NCBI RefSeq assembly: GCF_036321535.1
Contig: NC_087436.1
Coordinates: forward strand, 40,798,001 to 40,862,000
Source: Camelus dromedarius
Lineage: Eukaryota
Direction of reading: 5' to 3'
DNA length: 64,000 nt
Each line of letters begins with the position of its first letter. Positions within the stretch are counted from its first letter, which is position 1. The position numbers were made by a program, and so were the translations under genes. Shown piece after piece: positions 26,261 through 39,691 of this stretch. Under the pieces are notes generated by a model. The model searched no databases, was not told the DNA's origin, and saw only the letters and a program-made list of their open reading frames with translations.

Positions 26261-27534
26261 TCTTTCTGTCAGGAAACTGCCATGACGTCTTTTCTCACAA
26301 CTCCTCATGTCTCATTACAAGCCTCCTTTCTTCTCTGCAGAGTCCGCTCTGGCATTGCAAAGGAAAGTGCCCACGCGGCACATCTTGCTCTCAGACCCCT
26401 TACCTTTATATTTATGGATTAAAAAATGTTGATATATGTCCTCATGAACAACAACAACAAAAAAGCAGAAAATGTATTTCTGAAAACGGTAAAGATTGCA
26501 CATGCCTTGGAATCTAAGTATATATTCTTGTGTAGTTTTTAAACATACGAAATTGCATTCCTCTGTTTTCACTGATACTTTCTAACCATAGCGTCTAAGC
26601 ACCTGCATGGCTGTGGGCTGTGCAGTCTGAATGAAAGGGTGGCACATTTCTTAAGCTTACATTCTAATTTACACAAGCTTAGTCAAAAAAAAATATCTGA
26701 GTGCATTCAGATTGATAATAAGCACAGGTAGCTTGAATGAAGATGGGTTATTAGGAAAGACATGAAGATTAATACTCAGGTATGTTAGTTCAAGGGGGAA
26801 GATACCATAGTCTTGATGCACCATGATTCTGGATAAAGAAATGCAAATAAATCAATACTGGGTACATTAATATAAAAATAAAGAAGAAGCACTAGGTCAC
26901 ATAAATTTTAACATACTGCAATCCATTCTTTTCCACTTTGTCTCCTCATTTCCATTGATAAGTGCATGTATGTTTTTTCTCAAAGGAAGCACTTCAAGAA
27001 TGTTAAAGGAGACAAGTGCCAAGTTACGCTGGAAAAGAAGCTAGTCCACCTTACTAGAGTCTATTAAACTGAAATTAATGTCTGCTCACACCTACAAACC
27101 CAGAACTAATCCCTGAAGTTCTGTGGCTACTAATTGATAATTTGACCAGGAAGGACAATGCTTTTCAAATATCTTACATAAAATTTTGCCTTTTCAAACT
27201 ATTTATTATGAGCAAATAAACTCATCATTTATAATGCTGATATCTTGTGGGGAGGGGTAGGTTACAAGGCAGTTTCTTAAAACCTAGCACTGATCAACAG
27301 ATGGCTATTTTCTTCAAGAGGCAGAAAAATTCAATTGAGAAAAATGTGCTTTAATTGTATATGAAAATATTTCAGGTGAGCTGATTTATACAGACTGAAA
27401 TATACCATATTGAGAAACTTTGAATAACCCAAAAGCAGTACAAGAAGACTGGATACCTGGCAGATGTATGTTAAAGGGGGAGCAGCAAAACTGTCCACCT
27501 TTATTGGTCAGAGTCAGGCTGTCCAGTACATGGA

Positions 27535-28482
27535 TATCCAATCATCTATTGATGGACATTCAGCTTGTTTCCATGTCTTGGCCATTGTAAATAGTGCTAC
27601 TGTGAACACTGGGGTATATGTATCTTTTCAATTTAGAGTTTTCTCTAGATATACGCGCAGGAATGAGATTACTGGATTATAGAGTAAGTCTATTTTCAAT
27701 TTTTTAAGGAATCTCTGTACTGTTTTCCATAATGGCTATACCAAAGTATATTCCCAACAACACTGTAGAAGGGCTCCATTTTCTGCACACTCTCTCCAGC
27801 ATTTATTGTTTATGGACTTTTTAATGATGGTCATTCTGACTGGTGTGAGGTGCTTTCTCATTGTAGTTTTGATCTGCATTTCTCTGATAATTAGCAATAT
27901 TGAGCTTTTTTTTTTTTTTTTTTTTTTTAGGTTCTATTAGCCATTTGTATGTCTTCAGTGGAAACTTGTTTGTTTAGATTTTCTGCCCAATTTTGGACTG
28001 GGTTTTTGTTGTTGTTATTGAGTTATATAAGTTGCTTATATATTCTGGAAATTAAGCCCTTCTCAGTCACATCATTTGCAAATATTTTCCCCATTCCATA
28101 GGCTGTCTTTTCACTTTGTTTATAGTTTCTTTGCTATGCAAAGTCTTATAAGCCATATGATATTACTTATATGTGGAATCTAAAAAAATGACACTAAATA
28201 AACTTCTTTACAAAACAGATTCACAGACGTAGGAAACAAATTTATACTTGACAGCAAGGAAAGGAGGTAGGGAAGGATAAACTGGGAATTGGAGATTTGC
28301 AGATACACACTACTGTACATAACAGATAAACAACAAGGTCCTACTGTATAGCACAGGGAACTATATTCAGTACTTCGTAATAGCTTATAATGAAAAGGAA
28401 TATATGTATGTATAACTGAATCACTATGCTGCACACCAGAAATTAACACAATATTGTAAATCGACTGTACTTCAACTTAAAA
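27535..28482. mobile_element. L1 with 5' inversion (antisense 27535-28152, sense 28153-28482)
   Basis: Antisense ORF2 end switches abruptly to the sense 3'UTR (ccatatgatattacttatatgtggaatc...tcgactgtacttcaa). Confidence 0.88.
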
Positions 28483-29199
28483 ATTTTACAAATCTCATTT
28501 AGAGATTATAAACAAACAAAAAATAATGGGAATATAGAGGACATTATAAAATTGGATGGGGAATAATATAAAAGTGAATCTCTAGGAAGAAGGTGTTAAG
28601 AATTATTGCTACTTTTCCAGTAAGAGAAGATCCCCCTCCAAAATACCTCTCTCATGACACCTTCAAAATATTCAGAACTCTATTTTTAATTCTTTAGAGA
28701 AACTGACTAAGGGAGGTTAAGTTACAACCCAAGCCTCATTTCAGTCAGTAAATTAATACCCGCAAATTACCTTACAAGCTTCATGACTTCAAAGTCTGTA
28801 TTTCTTCAACTCTGTACCACTCATATTCTGAGCAGCCTAATCTAGAAGACTGGTGAAAACTTCTTCTCAACTAGCTGAATATTCTTGTATACAGTCATGA
28901 AATATATATTATATAAATTCTTTTCTATTTAAATTGAGCATCTCTCTAATAAAAATAGGATAAGTCTTTAATTAGTCTCTGTTAATTTTCATGAAGGCTG
29001 ACAATGAAGATTAAAAATCATTTGCATTTGTAAAGTATCATACAGAACATATTTTTTGTTCTTACTTCAGTAGGCAATTGTCATGGTCTCTGAGCTTAAA
29101 ATACAAAATCAACATATTCAACATAAACTTTAAAAATAGTATTTTACAATTTACTAACTCTTTGTTACAATTAGTAACTGGAGGGCTGATGTTAAAGCA

Positions 29200-29340
29200 C
29201 AGTGTGGTAGTTGTGAAACGGGCACTGTACTCTGGTTTCAAGAGAAATAAGAGCTAGTTCTGGCTTTTTCCTGCAATATGCAGGCAAAGTTATTCTCTGA
29301 AACCCACTTTCCTCATTTCTTTAAATAGTGATGCAAAGGT
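29200..29340 (+). mobile_element. MIR fragment
   Basis: cagtgtggtagt..ctagttctggct..ggcaaagttattctctgaaacc..tttcctcatt. Confidence 0.6.
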
Positions 29341-29789
29341 TTGCTAAACCCAGTATATATAACCAGGACACTGAACAAGCATGACTCACAGAGTATAATC
29401 TAAACATTTTTTTGTTTTGTTTTCTACCGTTCTAGAAAAATGTATTCAACAGAGGAACGATGTTTTCCTCATCCCCCTGGGATCTCTGACGCCCCACATT
29501 TGATTGCTTCCCAGGTGGAAGCAGCCACTGAAGTGCCAACACCTTGTATCAAGCCATCTTTTAAAGAGGGTGACCATCATGCTTCTTTTAGGCTTCAGTA
29601 CCTCATGGTGGACACCTCTCCCACACACTTCCTGCACTATGCAAGTGCTTTCACTCATTGTCCGTGCCACTCCTTACTGCATCTCCACCCTCGTCTCCCT
29701 GCTCAGGCTCACTCCTTAAACTGGTCTCTTCTCCCATGTTGATCTCCCCTCAACTGGCTGGTGCTCCAGCATCTCATGCCAGGTTGCCA

Positions 29790-30680
29790 CACAGGTTCTT
29801 CCCTTTATGTTCTTCAAACTGGGTCATTTCCGTCGACCTGCCTGAATTTCAGCTTTCTCTAATCTGTGATGAGCCTATCTGGTAAACTTTTCATTTCATT
29901 TATTGTATGTTTTGGTTCTAGCATTTCCATTTTTGTTTTGTTTCACTTTCTATTTTTTAAAGATTCACCATTAAATGAATTTTACTGTCATATTTCCTTT
30001 GGTCACTATATATATAAAGATAGCCTCAGGTTTGGAGCCGCTCAACTACTTTTCTTTGAATTACCAGTGACTTTTCCCTATTCCTTTGTGCATCTGGAAG
30101 TGCTGACCTTTTTCTAGCTTCTCATCTTCCTCTTAAATGTGTTGATCTTTGTTCCAGTGGTCAAATAATTTATTGAACTCAAAAAGCAAAAGAGTCATTG
30201 TGCAGCTATAACTAACTGTTTGCTTCTTTCAGCCTTCTGCTGTGGCTTTCTACTAAGACCCTTGAAGTTTTCTAAATGTATGCATGGGTTAGATGTAATC
30301 TAAGGATTTGGACAGAGCTTGTAAGTCTATTGGGGGACTTTCTGCTACACTTCTTTCCTTCATGGGATTTCTCTTTTCAATTCCCTGCCTCTCTGGTTAC
30401 TTTCTAATTCCATCTTCTGACACCTCAAACCAAAGTCTGAGGTTTTCTCCCTACATTCTGTGTGCACTGAGCCACACGGGCTGTGGGGTGCCTTCCAAAG
30501 GTAAGTCATGTGTTATTACAGTCAGTCTCCCTCAGTGTAGTTCTCTTTTGTTGAGGGTCAAATACCTTCATGTTTCTGCCTATTTGTTGTCACTTTCTAT
30601 ATTTCACTTCAAATATTTCTTTTTAAGAACTGTGCAGAGTGTATGATTATTTCTTCTACAATACTACCCCTTTGCTATTA
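29790..30680 (-). mobile_element. Old L1M 5'/ORF1-region fragments
   Basis: tcttcaaactggg..ctgtgatgagcctatc..ttttcatttcatttattgtatgttttggttctagcatttccattt. Confidence 0.55.
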
Positions 30681-31864
30681 TCAAAGATCCCCTCATTACC
30701 TACTGTTTGACTTGGATAAATGTTATTTATTAAACTTCAAACTATTGACATTATAACAATAATGACTAATACGACTTTATTCCATATTTATTTATTTCTG
30801 TAAGTATTTTAGAGTCTTTCACCTGTATTGTGTCATAGGGGGATATGCATTGTTATACATAAAGAAAATAGCTGAACGAGAAAAAATGATTTTTATATTC
30901 TTTATAGTGTTAAAAGGTGAGGCAAAGCAAAAATGGTTTTTGTTTAATTCCTGGTACTAAATGAGGGAGTGGAACATACAACAATGACAAAGAATGCAAA
31001 GAAAGATAGTCACTGAAGAGAAATGTGGCATTTAAACCTTTGAGCCTGCTGGAGCCCTTGACAACCCTCCTGGGGACCTACTGAAAATACATTCTCATCT
31101 TTGCACTGAACCATAATCCTTGCTTTCCTCTATCTAGTCTTATTCGTGATTTTTTTTTCCTATTGTGGAACAGTTTGGACTTAAAAAAATGGTAGACCTA
31201 ATCAATCAATAATGGACATTTAATATCCTTTGGACAACACTATCAAAATTTCCATGTTCTCAGAACATGTTTTTAAGCTTACACATACGTGAGAAACGTT
31301 AAGGGTTAGTTGTTTTATAGTTAGTGTTTTGCTATTTTAGAATTCCTCAGTTGAATACACCATTAAATAGAGTTTATATAAGATGGAAAACTTATTTAAA
31401 TTGCTTTATTGAACCAAGTATGTGGTATTCATTCTCTCGAAATTTAAATGAAGTTTCCATCTGTTCTTTTATTCAGACATTTCTGACTAAACCTTCACAC
31501 AAAATACAGATAAACACAATATATGCATGCAAGTTATCAAAGTTCCATTAAAAGTTCACCTTCTCATTCAAATGTAATTTTGAAGTTGAAACTCATCACT
31601 CAAGAGTTTCTTTTCACAAAAGCAGAATTTGATTCTAATTTCGGAGCAGAAAACCTCTGACTCAAAGCTGCATAGAGTGCTGACCAACTTTTGTGGGAAT
31701 GTAATGTTTGTTATTGCTCACTATGTATTGGCCTCAAAATGTCTTTGTTTCTTAAAGTAGGGACCGAGGAGGAATTCATTATATTGGGAGCCTTTGGTTT
31801 TGCCATTTTAAAAGTTTTTTATACATTCTAAATTTCAGGAGCACCAATTTTTTTCTCCATTTAG

Positions 31865-32709
31865 AATGTTTGCATGCTCAAAAGTAACCTAAAATAAGAA
31901 TGAAGATTTTCTTTTTTATATTTTGGAAGACATCTTCAGAAAGTTCTACTCTTCAGGAAATGACCTTACTGATCTCAGTTATCTTCATTTGGGAGAACTG
32001 TTTTCAAATGATCAATTATCTTTAAGAATCAATAAGGTAAATTTCAAACATAATAATATTTGCAATTTTTAAGGCCCTCTGTTCCTTAACATTGTTCACT
32101 TCTTAATCTTACAAAATGAATCTGCAGTAATGTTTTTATGTCAGTTTTACAGGGGAGGAAAGTCAAGTTGTTGAGAGCATGTAACTGGTCCAAAATCTCA
32201 TAATGCAAAAGTTAAGTTGAAATTCAAAGTCAGGCCTGTTTAAACTCCAAGCCAAATGCTCCATCCACGATATTATTTTAGATCACATACTTTGAATAAT
32301 CTCTCTCCTTTGAAAGACTAAGCTAAAGCAGAATACCAAAGAAATTTAAAAAAAGTGGTTGTGCTTGTAACATTCTTCTCTGCAATATTTTAGAGGCTTA
32401 TGCGGTTATTGTTTCTGTTGAAGAGTGAAGCGGAAAACACTGAGAGGAGAGACAGATCCTAGATTTCCAAGCATTTGCCTGGAATAACCGTTTTGCTGAT
32501 GAGGTTAGGGGTCTGCCACTTTCCTTCAAGAAAATGCCAATGATTTATTTTTTTCTTCATCTTTGTTAGCATCTCAGTCCACCTGACACCCCCTGGCATA
32601 GAGTTGAAAATTTTCTAGAATCATCCTTGTAACTGACGAGATGATATGGTATCATGATAACTTCGGTGCTGTGCCTTAGCTGAGTGACATGCCCTGCAAG
32701 TTGTGGCCT
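31865..32709 (+). pseudogene. Candidate exons B (31865-32036), C (32394-32503) and D (32570-32709) of a decayed gene
   Basis: Acceptors ttttttctccatttag|, caatattttag|, ttcatctttgttag|; donors AAG|GTAAAT, GAG|GTTAGG, CCT|GTAAGA. B and C become phase 0-0 open frames if one base is corrected in each. Confidence 0.4.
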
Positions 32710-33681
32710 GTAAGAAAACAGGTTTTTGGTCACTAATTCAATGTAATCATGTGATGCTGTTGATTTCTTTTTAGCTTTTGGAGATTGGTGTATGAGCACT
32801 AACATTTTCAAAAATAATCATGGAAAAGGAGACGTGCAATACATGCAAAGTTAAGTGTTAATATATGTAAGTGGAACTGGTTTTACTAACACTATGAAAA
32901 TGTAAATACTACAGAGTGGGTTTTGTGTTTCAGTATAGTTGAGCTGGGAGACTATACATTTAGCCTAGAAGTGGAGCCATCTATTAAGACACTACTGAGT
33001 GGCCTTAAATATCTTTCTACTGTCTTTAAATCCATCTTCCTTTTAATGACTGAAAATAGTATTACCATTTCTGATCCTTGCCTTAATCATCAGGTTTAAT
33101 TCTAAGAAAAATATTGGCTATTTCTAAAATCAAATTGCAGGAAGTCTCTGGCTCTAAAATTAACCTGAACAATCTAGGATTTAGGGTATTAAAAAAAATC
33201 ATCTGAAGCTGGGAGTTTATTTCCCTTTCTTCCAAACCATCTACTGGGTGCCTTTTCTATTGAGAAACATATCTAGACAATTCAGTTAAAAACTTAACAC
33301 TTTCTGTGCCTAGAGTGAGGCTTTTGCTAAATTATGTTTAACTTAGTTTCTTTAAATCCTCTTGACACTTTTCACTCTCATGAGTTATAGAATGTCACTT
33401 CTCTTGTATAGCTGATTCCTCAGTCTCTATTTTTCCTGAGAAACTGATACAGAAAGAGCATAAATTCTTCCATCATGAGGAATTAATTGGCTAAACAATA
33501 CATCAGTCTAGAAAGCAAACCTGCCCAGCTGTGCTGCTGTTTGTTTACAAGAGTTATGACCACTGCAGATAGGCAGTGGTGAATGCTGCTTCTGTTGTCA
33601 TGCAACTACAGTACTTACTGGCTTTGAGACTTTAAATAAGCTACTTGCCTAAATCTGTTTCCTCATGTGCAGAAACTGAAT

Positions 33682-34802
33682 GTATGTATTTTTATTGAAG
33701 TATAGTCAGTTACAATGTATCAATTTCCAGTGTACAGCACAATGTTTCAGTCATACATATACATACATATAATTGTTTTCATATTTTTTCATTATTAGTT
33801 ACTATAAGATATTGAATATAGCTCCCTGTGCTACATAGAAGAAATTTGTTTTTCATCTCTTTTATATATAGTAGTTAGTATTTGCATATCTCAAACTCCC
33901 AATTTATCCCTTCATACCTCCTTCCCCCCAGTAACCATAAGTAAGTTTGTTTATTATGCGAGGCTGTATCTGTTTTGTAGATTTTTTTTTAAGATTCCAC
34001 ATATGAGTGATATCATATGGTATTCTTCTTTCTTATTCTGGCTTACTTCACTTAGAATGATGATCTCTAGATCCATCCCTGTTGCTGCAAATGGCATTAT
34101 TTTATTCTTTACATGGTTGAGTAGTATTCCATTGTATAAATATACCACAACTTCTTTATCCAGTCATCTGTCAATGAACATTTAGGTTGCTTCATGTCTT
34201 GACTATTGTATACAGTGCTGCTATGAACATTGGGGTGCATTTATCTTTTCAAATTAGAGTTCCCTCCAGATATATGCCCAGAAGTGGGATTGCTGGATCA
34301 TATGGTAAGTCTATTCTCAAATTTTTGAGGAATCTCCATACTGTTTTCCATAATGGCTGCACCAAACTACATTCCCACTAGCAGTGTAGGAGAGTTCCCT
34401 TTTCTACACACCCTCTCCAGCATTTATCATAGCCATGTGAGTTTATTTGCATGTATGATGTGAGGTTGTGTTCTAACTTCACTGATTTACATGTGGTTGT
34501 CCAGTTTTCCCAGCAACACTTGCTGAAGAGACTATCTTTTCACCATTGCATATTCTTGCCTCCTTTGTTGAAGATTAATTGACTGTAAGTCTGTGGGTTT
34601 ATTTCTGGGCTCTCCATTCTATTCCACTGATCCATATGTATGTTTTTTGTGCAAATACCATGCTGTTTTGATTACTGTAGCTCTGTAGTATTGTCTGTAG
34701 AATGGGAGGGTTATTCCTCCAGCTTTGTTCTTTTTCTTCAGTATTTCTTTAGCAATTATGATCTTTTGTGATTCCATATAAATTTAAGGACTATTTGTCA
34801 TC
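33682..34802 (-). mobile_element. Young L1 3' portion, internally deleted, inserted in a MIR
   Basis: Antisense 3' end tttttattgaagtatagtcag; TSD cagaaactgaat at 33670-33681 and 34803-34814; MIR halves at ~33605-33680 and ~34805-34915. Confidence 0.9.
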
Positions 34803-35589
34803 CAGAAACTGAATATTAATATTTACCTCTAACTATTCATAATTTAGTAAATGTGATGATTTATGTAACATTATTAGCAAATATTTGACACACTGAAAGT
34901 ACTTAATGTTAGATATTTTTGTTTTTATTATTGTTAATTATTATTTTTCTAGTATTATTATCTCAAATTACAATATTCCTCATATCCAAAGAATTCTGTG
35001 GGGTTCACCCTGAATTTACCAAAAATCTTTTGTAATTTAATGTATTAAACTAAAACTTCTATGACATAATAATTTTCTGGGCTTTAACATCATTTACTGA
35101 AGTCCTATTTTTTTCCTGTAATGTAGATGTTTACTATTAATTTAAAATTGCATATTGAAAACTGTAGATCTTTAAAAGTGAGATATGAGTATATTGTGAT
35201 AGTCAACAACAAACTTATTACATAAAATATGACTGATGTTTTTTTCCTGAAATGGGCTAGAATTGGTTCTGCTAAAAAGTATGACTGATGATGAAATGGT
35301 ATCAGGGATTCTTACAGCATCATGCACATAAATATATGTGATTTCTAGAAACAGATTAGCAACACTTTTCATTTGAGTGTACTACAAGGTCAAAGAGGCA
35401 TTTTTGTTATATGAAAGCTTCAGGTTATGCTCTAATTATATCTCTTATTTCCTGAAGAGCAGGCAAGATTATGCACGGATGTGGAATTATAACAATATTA
35501 AATAATGTGATATTGTAAAAACATATTTAGTACAATAGATACATAAATATGGCAAATGATAATATTCAACACAATTTATCAAAACCACC

Positions 35590-38380
35590 ATGAGAAGGAA
35601 AAATTTTGAATACTCTTTGAAAATCATCCCAACCAAACAAAACAAATCCTTCAAAGGCAAGATCACCACTTTCACTGATAAATCTTTCCAAACTTTTGAG
35701 GACAAAATAATGCTAACCTTACACAAATTCTTCCTGAGAAAAGCAAAAATCAGTTTATAAACTTAGTTCAGGAGACCAATAAAACTTTGAAAATGAAACT
35801 CAAAAAAAGACTTAAGAAATTATAATTAAGTACACACTAACTCTCATAGCCATAGATGTAAAAACCCTAAATAATAACAAATGGGATTTAACGATATATA
35901 AAAAATATGATTAATTATGTCCAAGAGCAGGCAATTACAGGGGTGTGAGTGGGATTTACCATTGGAAAATCAATCAATATGATGCACCATGTTTACAGGA
36001 TAAAGGAGAGAAGTATATTATCTTGTAGATGCTGAAATACATTTTATTAAATTCAACACCTATATATGATAACTATTCTCAATTAACTTGTAATAGACAG
36101 AGGCCACCTTTATCAAATAAGGGGGTATACCCATATTTACCTGTTTACATCTATCTCTACATCTATCTTTGCTTTTTTAAATTACAGATCATATTAAAAT
36201 CAATGGCAAAATACTAATGCATGTCTTCTGAGGTTAGAATGAAACATTATACTCAAAAATCACTGTCAGTCAATAGCACAAGGGGAAGAATGGCATAAAC
36301 GTTGAAAAGAAATGGTAAAATCTGTCCTGATTCACAAATGATTTAGTTTTTAAAAATTCTATAAAGAAACTCTCAGAATTTAGATGTAAATTTTGCAAGG
36401 TCATCAAACTTAATGTCAATATATAAAACCAATTATATTGCTATACATTGGTGAAAAATAGAAATTGAATATGAAAATACCATTTATAGTAGCATCAAAA
36501 TTATTTACTATAAAGGCAAAAATCTCAAAAGAAAAAGAGTCATAGAAGATCTGTGAATTTAGAACTACAAGACAGTGCTGATAAAAATTAAACCTAAAAT
36601 TGTAAATAAATATCTTGTTAACTGATAATTATATATGGAGATCCACATTGTATATTGTTAATATTATCCTTAAATTAATATGTATATTGAATATAATCTA
36701 AGTAATATTTCAAGGACTAGTCAGAAAACTGAAATACAAAATTACTACTCTAATCTGAGAAAACAGAAAATTGGACAGTCTTCTACATATAAAGGATATT
36801 AACTATGTAATTACTCTCCCCCCACAAGTAAAAATATCTTAAGGCCAGATGTTTTTATTGGTATTTTAACCTAAAATTTAAGGGCTGCAAAAGCCTAAAA
36901 CATACAGAAAGGCAACAGACTTAGACAATGCTAATTTGAAGAACAAGAACAGAACTGTAGAATTCTAGTACCATATTTTGAGGTTTACACTAAACCTTTG
37001 GAATAGTAAATAATTAGTGCAAGCTTAGACAAACTGAAAGATAGAAAAAAATAAAGAGACAACTACATTCACTTAATTTATGGCAAAGAGAAAACACAAT
37101 TCATTTAAGGGAAGAATGATCAGTTCAATAAATTTGGCAGGAGCAAAACTGGCTACTTCATACAATATACAAATATTAATTTTATATGGATCACAGTTAT
37201 AAGTGTGAAAGCTGATACAGTGAAGACTATAGATATAAGGTTTAAAAATTATAAATATTATAGAAATTTAAATAGGAGACGTATTTATGATATTGCATAG
37301 TCCAAAATGTTATTCAGGTTACAAAGAGGATTAGGCATAAAAATTAATAATTTGGACTTCATTAAAGTTAAGAACTTCAATGCATCAAATTGGCAAGTCA
37401 CAGAATGGGAGAAGATACTTCAAACATATATATGAGAAAAGAATAATTTCCAAAATATGTAAAGAACAACCACAGACAAAGAAGTAAAGAAAACAGTTTA
37501 TATATTGCACACGAGTCTTTAAAATACACTTAACTAAAGAGAATCTCCAAATAGGAAATAAATCTATAAAATCTTGCTTGATACTATTACTCATGGAGAA
37601 ATGAAAATAAAAACCAAAATGAACTATTACTACATATTCTGGAATGGATAAACATTTAAAAGGTGACAGTTTTAAGTATTAGCAAGGATGTGAAGTCACT
37701 GGAAGACTTGTATTTTGCAGGAGAGAGTTAAATTGATTAAAAGAAACTATGGAAATCCCTTGGGCAGTACCTACTGAAACCAAGCATTTTCCTATCCCAT
37801 GAGCCAGTAATTTCATTCCTATTTACACATCCAAAAAGAAATTTATAGCATTTAGCTATAAAAGGCATGTAAAATATCATTCACAGCAGCTTTCCTCCAA
37901 ATAGCACCAAACTATTAACAGCTATTTGCTGTCAATAGAAAAACTGAAATTGTAGACAACCCAAATGTCTGTCTGTGAAAAGAAGAATCGATGAATAAAC
38001 TCTGATATACACATGCAAGTTATCTTATACAAAATTGTTTCAATGTACTTATATACAAAATAACCTGCCTGAATCTCAGGGACAGCATGATGACCAAAAG
38101 GAACCAGATAAAATCAGTCTATCTTGTATTGTTCAGATTTAAATAAATTTCAAGAACGAGTCACTAACATATGGTGATGGAAGTCAGAACAAAGGACACT
38201 GGCAGGCATAGGAAATGAGGAAAATGAGGAAACAGTCTGAGGTGGTGAATATATTTTACATTTTGATAGGTGTGGCTGCTACACAGGTGTGCACATTCAT
38301 AAAATATTTATTAATATCTTTACTCCAGGATTCTACATTGTAATGCATACAACTACAAAATCAACACAAATGAAAAAAAT
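35590..38380 (+). mobile_element. Old L1 (L1MC/ME-type) ORF2-3'UTR, fragmented
   Basis: A-rich sense ORF2 motifs (ttggaaaatcaatcaatatgatgcacca; atttggacttcattaaagttaagaacttc; cccatgagccagtaatttcattccta). Confidence 0.85.
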
Positions 38381-38648
38381 TAAATTAAGAATTTTTTTTA
38401 ACTGCTTTATATGAAAACATTAAACTCACAGAAGTCCATTTTCAGACATCTTCAACAAAAGATAGCAATGCTAATTTGGAACAACTGCTTACTTACTATG
38501 ATACCTGATTATAGAAGCTTGACTGCAAGGAAACGCCCTTCTTGGTTCTTTTAAATTCCACCATGTTCAGAAGTTTCCTTCCTTGATTCCAAACCCAAGA
38601 AGGAATCCAACTCCTCTCCCTGCAGGCGTTTACAAGCCTCCTAGAAAA

Positions 38649-38668
38649 CTGGACAGTATACTGTCCAG
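38649..38668. repeat. Perfect 20-bp palindrome CTGGACAGTATACTGTCCAG
   Basis: Direct reading; self-complementary with no spacer. Confidence 0.95.
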
Positions 38669-39691
38669 AGACGGGCTGCGGGACACTTCTATCCTTAAGA
38701 CCGTCTTGCTGCGTATGTTGCTTATGCTTCTCCCCGCTTTGATAGCTGGACTCTCAGATGCTCTTCTGCATCTCCCTGCCCTTCCTCCATGTCCAGTGTT
38801 AGCTCTTCTTTGGGAGGATAAACAGTGGTTCTCCAAGCAGCATCAGATCAGACTATATCTAAACTATAGCACATATTTTTTGTAATTATTTTTGCTTTGG
38901 AATGAACCAGAGTTGCCATCAAAGTCTTATTATGGGAGTTAAATGGACAAAACATAAACATTTAAAAAGATCACTATTTTGATATACTAACTCCACATTT
39001 TTTTTATTTTTGAAATAGTTGCCTTTAAGATATTGCTTAATGCCTTTGTAGTATAATCTGTATTTTTATAAACTGTATCAATTTCTTCAATGTAACATGT
39101 TTTTATTCCTTTACTATTGCAACTCTTGCTTTGCTTCTGAAAAACACTTATCTCTAGGAATAGAAGTCATTTAAGTAAAAGATCCTTTTTAAGTTCAAAG
39201 TAGAAAAATATTGTTTCTTCCAGTTTTTTTTTTTTTTTTTGGTCTTTTTTAGCCTTTTATTATTTGTTTTAGATTTTAACTTTTAGTATGAAAAATGTTA
39301 AATAAACAATGGTAAGCGTATAATAATCTCCCAGACTCACTAATTACACATTTGCATTCTTTAATCTATTTCTTTTCCTCCTATTCTGTCTCTGGAGCAT
39401 TTAAAGGCAAAATCCTAATGACATTTAGATTCATCCAAAATACTTCACAATGTGCCTCTAACATGAAAACTGTTCTTTATTTTTTTCAAAAGTATTATGC
39501 AAGGTAGCACACAGTTATAATAATATTTATCTTCACTTTATTGTAATTGTTAAACTCTGTGAATTTTGTACAGCAAACAGAAAGGCTATACAAATTTTAT
39601 AATTCCTTGTCATCAAGCTCTACTGATTGATTAAAGAGAAACCTTTTAGAGAACTAGAATTTTTTTCTTATTAAGACTCTGTAGGCTGGAT

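Noticed and set aside
26105..26560. Processed pseudogene as the origin of the CpG micro-island
   Set aside because: No polyA tail, TSD or recognisable ORF seen.
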